A DNA stretch of 64,000 nucleotides from Candidatus Micrarchaeia archaeon (lineage in GTDB: Archaea > Micrarchaeota > Micrarchaeia > CABMEP01). Location of the stretch: NCBI GenBank assembly GCA_038886535.1, contig JAVZXS010000002.1, positions 70,673 to 134,672 on the forward strand. Direction: 5' to 3'. The first letter of the stretch is position 1. The number at the start of each line of letters is the position of its first letter. A program made the translations under genes and the position numbers. Positions 56,333-64,000 of this stretch are shown in pieces. The notes beneath the pieces are model-generated. The model was not told where the DNA came from and did not search any database. It worked only from the letters and a program-made list of their open reading frames with translations.

Positions 56333-56806
56333 TTATTTACCTATTTCTTTATTTTCTTCCTTTTCCTTTGTTTCGCTCTTTTGGCGTTTTCTTTCCAACT
56401 CAGAAATTAGTGTCTTTGATTTAGATGAAATTATATCGCTTATATCATCTGAAAATTTATAGAGTATGCATTTTATCTTATGATAAGTATGTTCTTCTAG
56501 ATTTTCCTGCCTAATTACACTTTCAATCAATTTCAAACCTTCTATTCTGTGCCATAGAAATCTGCATCTCTCAAGCCTTTTCCTGCCTTCTTTGATTCTA
56601 GACTCTATTTGTTTGGCATTGAGTTTTTTATCCATATTTATTAAATCGTTTTTAGGCTTTCGTATTTCTTCCTTTTTTGGATACATCTGGAGGAAATGCA
56701 TTTCTCTGTCATTCCTCTGCTTGGAATTACAATAATTCCTATGGGAAGATGAGTCGCTTTGATGGACATCATTCTGCCTATTCTCCCATTTGTTATATTT
56801 GCTCAC
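56333..56806 (-). CDS. Hypothetical basic protein
   Basis: SD tagtgat lies 4 nt before GTG 56806; the track start GTG 56815 is inside the SD. I recognise no family. Confidence 0.35.
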   Translation of the reverse strand: MSKYNKWENRQNDVHQSDSSSHRNYCNSKQRNDREMHFLQMYPKKEEIRKPKNDLINMDKKLNAKQIESRIKEGRKRLERCRFLWHRIEGLKLIESVIRQENLEEHTYHKIKCILYKFSDDISDIISSKSKTLISELERKRQKSETKEKEENKEIGK

Positions 56807-56872
56807 AAAAATCACTATATTAGTAACGCACCTAGGCTTTTTATTTTTTACTTTTTCTATTCTATCTTAATC

Positions 56873-58228
56873 TTAACTAATAGGTCTTGTTATATTTATG
56901 TCTTTAACCAATACAGATGGAGTTATGACAGAACCATGTACTTCCCATGAATGGATCTTTTCAATATTTTTACCTATCATTTCTGTTTTTTGCATTATAT
57001 CTTCAAGAGTTGAATTTATTCTTACATTTTTGATAGGGTGTTTTATCTCTCCATTTTCTATATAGAAGGTTGCATCCCTAGGTAATATTGAAAATTCGCC
57101 AGTAAAGTAATTTTGGAATCTCATATACCAAGCATTAGTTACATATATTCCTTTGTCGACACTTTCTATTAATTTTTCAATCGAGTAATTTCCTTTTTTC
57201 AATACTATATTCCAAGGATGTGGATTTATTAAACCGGCATTTCCAGTAGTTTCGGTGTTATGTCTTTTTGCTGTTGATGTATTATGAATGTATGTTTTTA
57301 ATATTCCATTTTCAATGAGTTCTTTAGTTCTAGTTGGTACACCTTCTGAATCAAAGGTTGAATATACATATGCGTCTTCATAAGTCGGATCATCAATTAA
57401 AGTGAATATTTCACTTCCAACCTTTTTTCCTAATTTATCTACTAGAAAAGAGTTTCCATTCTCAACTTCAAAGGCAGAGGTTGCATCGCCTATATGCTCA
57501 AGGATTATTGCTAAAGGAAGAGGTTCGAATAGAACATCCATCTTACCTTCGATTTCCTTTTTTTCTCCTTTTGATTGAACTGCAAATTGTGCAGCCTCTT
57601 TTGCAATTTTTGTTGGATCTAAATTTTTTGTGGTTCTTCCTGAATATACTTTATGTCCTGAAGATTCTTTATCACAAAGGGCCCTAAAAGATAGATATAC
57701 ACTACTATCCTTTCCTTCAGCCTCACACTTTCCAGAGGTAATAAGATATTCTGAGGAAAAAGTTGTTTCAAATACACCACTATTTCTTTCGGATCCATTT
57801 TCAATTGCAGAATTTATCGCACTTTCTAAAACATCAGCATGGATTTCATATGCATTCTCTATTTTCTTATCATAATCTTCTTTCTTATATCTGAATGGAC
57901 CCTGCGCTATACCTAGGAATTTCTCATTAGAAGGTATGTGTCTTATATATCTTTTTATGTTATTTAATGTGCGCTTTATTCCTTTTTCACTTGTATCTTT
58001 TATCGTCGTTTCAATTATCTTTCCTTTCCAATTACAGAACAGATACAATGATTTAGAAATAGAGGAGTCACTTTTTACTATTTTGTTGTTTACGAATTTT
58101 GTTTGCTGATAATTTCCTATTCCTGCATGGAGGACAACATCATCAGCGCCTTCTCTCTTTAATTCTTTCATTATCTTGTTTGTTTTCTCAATTAGAGACT
58201 CCATCTCTTTTTCTATTCCGTTTTCCAT
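56873..58228 (-). CDS. pmbA: PmbA/TldE-family protein (TldD partner)
   Basis: It is a TldD/PmbA-fold paralog that lacks HExxxH. It is adjacent to tldD. SD gagtgatc lies 3 nt before ATG 58228. Confidence 0.75.
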   Translation of the reverse strand: MENGIEKEMESLIEKTNKIMKELKREGADDVVLHAGIGNYQQTKFVNNKIVKSDSSISKSLYLFCNWKGKIIETTIKDTSEKGIKRTLNNIKRYIRHIPSNEKFLGIAQGPFRYKKEDYDKKIENAYEIHADVLESAINSAIENGSERNSGVFETTFSSEYLITSGKCEAEGKDSSVYLSFRALCDKESSGHKVYSGRTTKNLDPTKIAKEAAQFAVQSKGEKKEIEGKMDVLFEPLPLAIILEHIGDATSAFEVENGNSFLVDKLGKKVGSEIFTLIDDPTYEDAYVYSTFDSEGVPTRTKELIENGILKTYIHNTSTAKRHNTETTGNAGLINPHPWNIVLKKGNYSIEKLIESVDKGIYVTNAWYMRFQNYFTGEFSILPRDATFYIENGEIKHPIKNVRINSTLEDIMQKTEMIGKNIEKIHSWEVHGSVITPSVLVKDINITRPIS

Positions 58229-58296
58229 AAAGATCACTCTTGATGATTTATTTTAAATACATTAATCATTTTTCTATTCGTTTGGATAATATCAGT

Positions 58297-59748
58297 TTAT
58301 CTAATCTTTATCTTCATCCTCATTGATGCTCCACCCATGGATACAGGTATTCCTTGCATTGGTTCTCCTTTTCCACATGTTGCAGCATGTAGCTCAAAGT
58401 TGTCTGCTACTGCATTTACCGAATTCCATAGTGTTCCAGTAGTTATTTCTATTGACGGGCCTTTTACAGGTTTTGTTATTCTTCCATTTTCTATTAGGTA
58501 AGCCTCACTTCCTTTATATTTTTGGTTCCATCTTCTGTCATCTATGTTCCATTCCATAAAACTTTTCATGTATATTCCATATCTTGTTTCTCTAATCATT
58601 TCTTCTTCTTTCCAATCACCAGGAAGTACAACGGTGTTTGACATTCTTATTATTGGTTCGACAGAGTAGTTTGATGCCCTTGCAGATGCATTGCTTTTTA
58701 TTCCAAACTTGGCCGCACTTTCTCTATTCTGCAGAAATTCATTTATTATTCCATTTTTTATAAGGATTTTTCTTCTTGCTTTAACACCTTCATCATCATA
58801 AAGATAATATCCAAATGAATCTGGCAGAGTTGGATCGTCAGCTACATTCACTATCTCACTACCTATTTTCATTCCAAGCATATCCTTTGTTACAAATGAT
58901 TCTCCAGCTTGTGCACTTTCTCTTCCCAAAATTCTATCCGCTTCGTATGGATGACCTACACTCTCATGCGCCATTATCCCTGAAATCTCGGGAGATACAA
59001 TAACCTCTATTTCTCCTTTTGGAGGAGAGATTCCATTAATTAAGTTATCTTTTAATGCAATTGCTTCATTTTTTATTTTTTCATCTATTCTCATCTTTTC
59101 TATCTTTTCAAATCCTCCAGCAATTCCATACTGCCAATGCCTTTGTGCGCTCTGATTATTCTCTTTCACTGTAAAACTATAGAATAGATCTATTCTTGGA
59201 ATCTTACTTTCTATCGCATTTCCTTCCGAGTTTAAGTAGTACTTATTTGTAAGAGTATCGACATAATAAAAAGTACTAGAAAATATCTTTGCCTTTGAAT
59301 CTAAGAGCCCCCTTTCTATATCTTTAACAAATTCAATCTTTTCATCTATTCCAATTTCACTTATTCTTTTCTTTTCCTTTATCTCGTATCTCGATCTCTC
59401 AGTTTTTTCTCTTGAAAATTCAATCTTATCTCCTATCTTTGCAGAATTTTTTATTGATGTAACTGACTGCTCAATTATTCTATCTATATTCTGCTTTTCA
59501 AATGTGTTTATGCTGAAGAAACCAAGATATCCATCAAGAATATATCTAACTCCAATCCCTTCTTCGCTTCCAAAAGAAACAGCTTCAATATTTCCATTAC
59601 TCATGTATATGCTTTCCCCAGTATCCTTTTCTAGCCTTATTTCAGTATATTTTGCCCCGATTTTATTCATTTTTTCTAGTATCTGATGAGATATTGATTT
59701 TAAGTCATCCCACTTCATTTCTTTATTCTTTTTCCTTTTTACATTCAT
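58297..59748 (-). CDS. tldD: TldD-family metalloprotease
   Basis: GIMAHESVGHPYEADR contains HExxxH. The C-terminal block is GEPMQGIPVSMGGASMRM. Confidence 0.85.
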   Translation of the reverse strand: MNVKRKKNKEMKWDDLKSISHQILEKMNKIGAKYTEIRLEKDTGESIYMSNGNIEAVSFGSEEGIGVRYILDGYLGFFSINTFEKQNIDRIIEQSVTSIKNSAKIGDKIEFSREKTERSRYEIKEKKRISEIGIDEKIEFVKDIERGLLDSKAKIFSSTFYYVDTLTNKYYLNSEGNAIESKIPRIDLFYSFTVKENNQSAQRHWQYGIAGGFEKIEKMRIDEKIKNEAIALKDNLINGISPPKGEIEVIVSPEISGIMAHESVGHPYEADRILGRESAQAGESFVTKDMLGMKIGSEIVNVADDPTLPDSFGYYLYDDEGVKARRKILIKNGIINEFLQNRESAAKFGIKSNASARASNYSVEPIIRMSNTVVLPGDWKEEEMIRETRYGIYMKSFMEWNIDDRRWNQKYKGSEAYLIENGRITKPVKGPSIEITTGTLWNSVNAVADNFELHAATCGKGEPMQGIPVSMGGASMRMKIKIR

Positions 59749-59807
59749 TGTATCACTATACTAATATTTACAGGAACCAATTAAAAAGTTTACAAATAAA
59801 TTAGCTT

Positions 59808-60782
59808 ATGCATAAAATGTCAGATAACATATCATTATCTAAGAAATTGCAGGATACTGCAATAAAACTCATTAAAGAAAATGTCAGTCTAAGAAAAGGA
59901 GAAAATGTTCTTCTAATTACAGATAGGATTTCATGTCCTGTTTTTACTGCCATCTCTGCAGCAGTAGATCAAATCGGTGGAACTTCAACTCAAGCCTTCA
60001 TAAGTAAAGACAGAGAGCACAGTTCTCCAATTCCTTATCTTAGAAATGCATGCATTAATTCAGATGTAATAATAGGAGTAACAGACAAAAGCATCTCTCA
60101 TTCTCCAGAGGTTTATGAAGCAAGGAGAAATGGAACGAGAGTTGTGTCAATGCCAGGAATAACAGAAGAACTATTTATCAAAGGTTTAGAGGTTGACATA
60201 TCAGTTATTAAAAGAATAAATTCTAAGCTTGAAAAGAAGTTGGAAAACGCAAAAATAGCAAAGGTTTTTTCTCCGTCTGGAACTGTGGCTGAGATAAGAA
60301 TTTCAGATAGTAAATTCGATTTCAGCGACAATGGAGATGCATCTTATCCTGGAGCATTGATAAACATACCTTTTGGAGAGGTTTATTCATTCATATCATT
60401 TTGCAATGGAAATATCGCAATAGACAGGTGGAGAAATGAAATTCATCCCAAAGATAAAGCAATAATAAAAGTTGAGAATGGAAAGATAGTTGGATGGAAT
60501 ACAGCTGCAAGTAAGTATGTTATGAATCAATTGAATGCAGGAGAATGTGGTTTGAATATTTCAGAATTTGGCATAGGCACTAACCCTTTCATCAGAAATC
60601 CTATAGGAAACACTTTACATGATGAAAAAATTTTTGGTTCAGTGCATTTTGCATTTGGGGCAGGAAAGAACAAGTGTCCAATACACGAGGATTTCGTGGT
60701 TTTAGAACCCACTGTTATTGTGGATGGAGAGGAATTAATAAAAAGAGGAAAATTCCTCTTTAATTTGGGAATAAAACAATAG
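59808..60782 (+). CDS. M29 (aminopeptidase T/PepS)-like aminopeptidase family protein
   Basis: SEFGIGTNPFIRNPIGNTLHDEKIFGSVHFAFG resembles the M29 C-terminal metal-binding block. It is shorter (324 aa) than classical AmpT. Confidence 0.5.
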   Translation: MHKMSDNISLSKKLQDTAIKLIKENVSLRKGENVLLITDRISCPVFTAISAAVDQIGGTSTQAFISKDREHSSPIPYLRNACINSDVIIGVTDKSISHSPEVYEARRNGTRVVSMPGITEELFIKGLEVDISVIKRINSKLEKKLENAKIAKVFSPSGTVAEIRISDSKFDFSDNGDASYPGALINIPFGEVYSFISFCNGNIAIDRWRNEIHPKDKAIIKVENGKIVGWNTAASKYVMNQLNAGECGLNISEFGIGTNPFIRNPIGNTLHDEKIFGSVHFAFGAGKNKCPIHEDFVVLEPTVIVDGEELIKRGKFLFNLGIKQ

Positions 60783-60832
60783 ACTTGAAAGATCAATGTT
60801 GATTTTTTAAATTTTTATAATCAACTAGTTTT

Positions 60833-62581
60833 ATGGATTTTTCAGAATTTGCTGAAACTGCAAGCAAGCTAGAAAAAACATCAAGCAGGCTAGCAATGAT
60901 AGAAGTTCTTTCAAAGCTTTTCAAGAAGGCAGACAAAAATAATATTCAAAAACTGATATATCTTTTACAAGGGAGGGTTGCTCCACCATTTGAAGGTATA
61001 GAAGTAGGCATGGGTGAAAAATTTGTTGAAAAAGCAATTTCTAATTCTACAGGTTATACAATATCACAGGTCGAAGCTACATTTAGGAAGACTGGGGACC
61101 TTGGTATTGCAGCTGAAAAATTAGTTGAAAAAAAGAAACAGACAGCTCTTTCTACAGAACCATTGACTGTAGAGAGAGTTTTTGATTCTTTGTTAAAGAT
61201 AGCAAAGACAACAGGTGAAGGAAGCCAAGACAAGAAAATAAAGCTTCTTTCCGATCTTCTTAATAGGGCAAGTCCACTTGAAGCTAGGTATTTGGTTAGA
61301 ATTCCTCTTGCAAATCTTCAATTGGGCGTTGGAGATCCAACAATTATGGATGCGTTGTCTGTAGCTGTTAAAGGAGATGACAGTCTTAGAGAGGAAATAG
61401 AGCGTGCATATAATCTGTCATCTGATCTTGGTACTGTGGCAAAGAATCTTTATGAAGGAAAGAAGAAACTATCTGAGATAAAACTTTTCAATCCAATAAG
61501 ACCTGCACTAGCTGAAAGAGAAAATGATCCAGCCGCAATTTTAGAAAGACATAAAACCACAATTGCAGATTTAAAGTTAGACGGTTTCAGATTACAGATT
61601 CACAAGAAAGGAGACAAGGTAATGCTTTTTTCAAGAAGATTGGAGAATATGACGCACTCTTTTCCAGACGTTATTGAAACTGTAAAAAACAATGTTAAGG
61701 CAGATGAGGCAATAATAGACAGTGAAGCATTGGCATACAACGAAGCAACAGGTGAAATCTATCCATTCCAATATACAATCCAGAGAAAAAGAAAGCATGG
61801 AGTGGCTGAAAAGGCTGAGGAACTTCCATTGCATGTGTTTGCTTTTGATTTAATATATGTAGATGGAAAGAATTTGATTGATGTACCATATAAACAAAGA
61901 AGAGAAATGCTTGAAAAGATAATAAAGAAAGATGGGATATCAGTTATGGAATCTATAACTACATCAGATGTAAAAGAGCTAGAAAAATTCTTCAAAAAGT
62001 CAATTGAAATAGGAGCTGAAGGAATTGTATGTAAAGATCCAGAATCTCCATATAAGGCAGGAATGAGAGGATTTAATTGGATAAAGCTTAAGCGTTCATA
62101 TAAGGGGGAGCTTGCAGATACAATTGATGTAGTTATAGTAGGCTATTTCTATGGTAAGGGTGCGAGAGCAGAATTCAAATTTGGTGGTTTGCTCGGAGCA
62201 GTTTATGATGAAGATGAAGACACATTCAAGACCATAGCAAGAATAGGGAGTGGATTTAGTGAGGAAATGATGGTAAAGCTTAGGAATTTGCTTGAAAAGA
62301 TAAAGACAAAGGAAAGGCCTGCAAGGGTGGTTTCTTTAATTGAACCTGATGTATGGGTGAAACCATTGTATGTTGTAACAGTAAAGGCAGATGAAATAAC
62401 AGAGTCTCCAATGCACACAGCTGGACGAAAAGGAGAGACAGGTTATGCATTACGTTTTCCAAGAATGATTGGAGATATCAGAGAGGATAAAAAGCCAGAA
62501 GACGCAACAAGCGTTGCAGAGATAATAAGGATGTTTAAGCTTCAAAAGCATATTGCAGTGCAATCAAGCACTGAGGCATGA
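60833..62581 (+). CDS. lig: ATP-dependent DNA ligase
   Basis: It has the adenylation motif I ADLKLDGFRLQIH, then FSRRLEN, EGIVCK, WIKLK, and a C-terminal OB domain ending RFPRMIGDIREDK. Confidence 0.92.
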   Translation: MDFSEFAETASKLEKTSSRLAMIEVLSKLFKKADKNNIQKLIYLLQGRVAPPFEGIEVGMGEKFVEKAISNSTGYTISQVEATFRKTGDLGIAAEKLVEKKKQTALSTEPLTVERVFDSLLKIAKTTGEGSQDKKIKLLSDLLNRASPLEARYLVRIPLANLQLGVGDPTIMDALSVAVKGDDSLREEIERAYNLSSDLGTVAKNLYEGKKKLSEIKLFNPIRPALAERENDPAAILERHKTTIADLKLDGFRLQIHKKGDKVMLFSRRLENMTHSFPDVIETVKNNVKADEAIIDSEALAYNEATGEIYPFQYTIQRKRKHGVAEKAEELPLHVFAFDLIYVDGKNLIDVPYKQRREMLEKIIKKDGISVMESITTSDVKELEKFFKKSIEIGAEGIVCKDPESPYKAGMRGFNWIKLKRSYKGELADTIDVVIVGYFYGKGARAEFKFGGLLGAVYDEDEDTFKTIARIGSGFSEEMMVKLRNLLEKIKTKERPARVVSLIEPDVWVKPLYVVTVKADEITESPMHTAGRKGETGYALRFPRMIGDIREDKKPEDATSVAEIIRMFKLQKHIAVQSSTEA

Positions 62582-62606
62582 TGCAGAAAATGTAGGAAGG
62601 GATTCA

Positions 62607-63254
62607 ATGGTTGGGAAAAAAGGTAAATTCATAGTACTAGAAGGAATAGATGGGTGCGGAAAGTCTACACAAATCGAAAATATTGCAAATTATTTGTTTT
62701 CTAAAGATAAGTCAAATCATATTTTAATTACTAGAGAGCCTACAATGATTTCAAGTTATGGTAAAAAAGTAAGAGATTTGTTGAAAAAGCAAAAGAATAT
62801 AGAAAAAAATGCTGCACTTTTTACCAGATTATATGTTAATGATAGGAAATTCCATATTAAGAAAATGATTATACCTGCAATGAAGCAAGGATGTATTGTA
62901 ATAAGTGATCGATATAAGTATTCAACATTTGCATATCAACTTTCGCAGGGAGATAAGCTAGAGAATCTTATTAAGCTTCATAAAGGATTGTTGGTTCCAG
63001 ATTTAGTTCTGATATTAGACATAAGTGAAGAAGAATCAATTAAAAGAACCAGCGATCAGAAAGAAAAAGAACTATTTGAAAAGAAAGAGTTCCTTAGAAA
63101 AGTAAAAGCAAACTACTTAAAGATGAAGGAACTATTCCCACATGAAAATATAGTCATAATCGATGGAGAAAGAAGTAAGGAGGAAGTATTCGATAGTATT
63201 AAGAAAGAGATAGATAGGTTATTTGAGCAAGTAAGAAGTAAAAGTAAGAAGTAA
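62607..63254 (+). CDS. tmk: Thymidylate kinase
   Basis: It has KGKFIVLEGIDGCGKSTQ and the DRY-type block ISDRYKYS. ATG 62607 avoids a 29-nt overlap with lig; the track start is 62553. Confidence 0.85.
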   Translation: MVGKKGKFIVLEGIDGCGKSTQIENIANYLFSKDKSNHILITREPTMISSYGKKVRDLLKKQKNIEKNAALFTRLYVNDRKFHIKKMIIPAMKQGCIVISDRYKYSTFAYQLSQGDKLENLIKLHKGLLVPDLVLILDISEEESIKRTSDQKEKELFEKKEFLRKVKANYLKMKELFPHENIVIIDGERSKEEVFDSIKKEIDRLFEQVRSKSKK

Positions 63255-63308
63255 ACTAAGAAGTAAAAGCAAAAAAGTAAAAATTATTTAAATTAATTTT
63301 TCTTTTCT

Positions 63309-63761
63309 TTATTCTTTCCAAATCTCTTCTTCCTTGAACCACAACGCAACTTCCTTTTCCCCTTCTTCTGGTGTTCCTGACGCGTGAACCACATTTTCTA
63401 TTTCACCGTCAGTAGTTCTTCTTCCGTACTTTCCTCTTATTGTCCAAGGTTCGGCCTTTTCAGGATCGGTTGCACCCACTATCTCTCTTGCTCTTTTTAC
63501 AGCGTTTTCTCCCTCATAAACAAGCGCAAGAATTCTGTTTTCACCGTGCTTCTTTCCTTGAATGAAATCAATAAGTCCATTGTAGAATGGTTTTCCTTTG
63601 TGCATTGCATAATGCGTTTCTGCAAGTTCTTTACTTACCTTTACCACTTTGGCAGCTACTAGTTTTAATTTTGCATTTTCAAACATAATCATTACTTCTC
63701 CCATCAAACCTCTTCTCATTCCATCTGGCTTTATTAGGATGAGTGTTCGTTCTTTTTTCAT
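63309..63761 (-). CDS. ndk: Nucleoside diphosphate kinase
   Basis: It has ERTLILIKPDG, YAMHKGKPFY, TIRGKYG and NVVHASG (catalytic His). SD aaggtgat lies 3 nt upstream. Confidence 0.9.
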   Translation of the reverse strand: MKKERTLILIKPDGMRRGLMGEVMIMFENAKLKLVAAKVVKVSKELAETHYAMHKGKPFYNGLIDFIQGKKHGENRILALVYEGENAVKRAREIVGATDPEKAEPWTIRGKYGRRTTDGEIENVVHASGTPEEGEKEVALWFKEEEIWKE

Positions 63762-63902
63762 TCTATCACCTTAAAATAATTAGTTGTTGTATAATTCTCA
63801 CAAAATCTTTTTAAATCCATATTGATAATTATATCTGCACACAAATATTTGTGCATCTACGAAACAATTTTTGTGTTCACTTTAATTGTGGGAGGAATTT
63901 AA

Positions 63903-64000
63903 ATGGACAGAATAGCAGATTTAAGACCGGGAATGAACGCTTCGATAGAAGGAGAAGTTGTATCTATAGAACCTTCAAGAGAGGTTAGAACAAAGTTTGG
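63903..64000 (+). CDS. OB-fold ssDNA-binding protein (RPA/SSB-like), 3' end outside window
   Basis: MDRIADLRPGMNASIEGEVVSIEPSREVRTKF matches the usual start of archaeal short RPA/SSB OB folds. SD gggagga lies upstream. Only 32 codons are visible. Confidence 0.5.
   Translation, partial: MDRIADLRPGMNASIEGEVVSIEPSREVRTKF

Noticed and set aside
56873-60782. TldD/PmbA pair plus a divergent M29-like aminopeptidase, considered as a peptide (RiPP/microcin) maturation cluster.
   Set aside because: There is no precursor-peptide-like small ORF, cyclodehydratase or transporter nearby. TldD/PmbA pairs are common housekeeping proteases in archaea.
1119-62462. There are dozens of 60-190-aa ORFs in the track lying antisense to, or out of frame within, long conserved genes. 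Examples: 1119-1307, 1725-2030, 4969-5151, 8346-8612, 9982-10849 set, 28433-29344 set, 31337-32103, 32301-33163, 37317-38675 set, 41038-42015, 50731-53111 set, 53774-54319, 61631-62462 set.
   Set aside because: They overlap genes with clear homology. They have low-complexity Ser/Phe/Leu/Ile-rich translations typical of the antisense of AT-rich Lys/Glu/Asn-rich genes. They lack SD sites, and I recognise no family for any of them.
1-64000. Possibility of an alternative genetic code (stop-codon reassignment), as seen in some small-genome lineages.
   Set aside because: TAA, TAG and TGA each end conserved genes at the expected length (for example TGA for smc and lig, TAG for pheT, TAA for gltX). 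No conserved gene needs read-through of an in-frame stop.

Overview
This is an AT-rich (by eye about one-third GC, not computed), densely coded chromosomal window from an archaeon. Archaeal identity is shown directly by aIF5A, ribosomal proteins eS24, eS31 (S27ae) and eL40, Orc1/Cdc6 next to PCNA, an ATP-dependent DNA ligase, Alba, an archaeal SepF, an archaeal-type SRP RNA, and two tRNAs with canonical 37/38 introns. The compact housekeeping set, the giant sequon-rich surface proteins and the class III signal-peptide pilins suggest a small-genome DPANN-type lineage; this is inference. Layout: 1-7.1 kb holds a four-gene surface-protein operon. 7.1-22.7 kb holds translation and RNA genes, two exported thioredoxin-fold proteins around a cysteine desulfurase, a fused double ThyX-like gene, the AmmeMemoRadiSam trio, SRP RNA and tRNAs. 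22.8-31 kb holds coiled-coil, PrsW-like and pilin-like genes plus a CBS protein with an HPF/RaiA-like tail. 31-41 kb holds IDI-2, GluRS, RNase Z and PheRS. 42-44.5 kb holds Orc1/Cdc6, a candidate oriC and PCNA. After that come IspDF, DUF2207, an SMC gene interrupted by a LAGLIDADG intein in its P-loop, Alba, AspRS, TldD/PmbA, ligase, Tmk, Ndk and RPA. I saw no CRISPR array, transposase, integrase or recognisable defence system. The observations most worth a second look are: (1) a CBS sensor fused to an HPF/RaiA-like domain; (2) conserved genes (PCNA, IDI-2, a receiver domain) whose N-termini lie upstream of any ATG/GTG/TTG but right behind perfect Shine-Dalgarno sites, implying ATC/ACG/ATA initiation or frameshifts; (3) a tandem ThyX-like protein whose catalytic motifs have degenerated in a complementary way between the two halves; (4) a surface operon in which a small secreted protein duplicates the C-terminal module of a giant LamG adhesin; (5) a bacterial-type IspD-IspF fusion in an archaeon; (6) the SMC intein. 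All homology calls come from reading the translations by eye. No database search was run.
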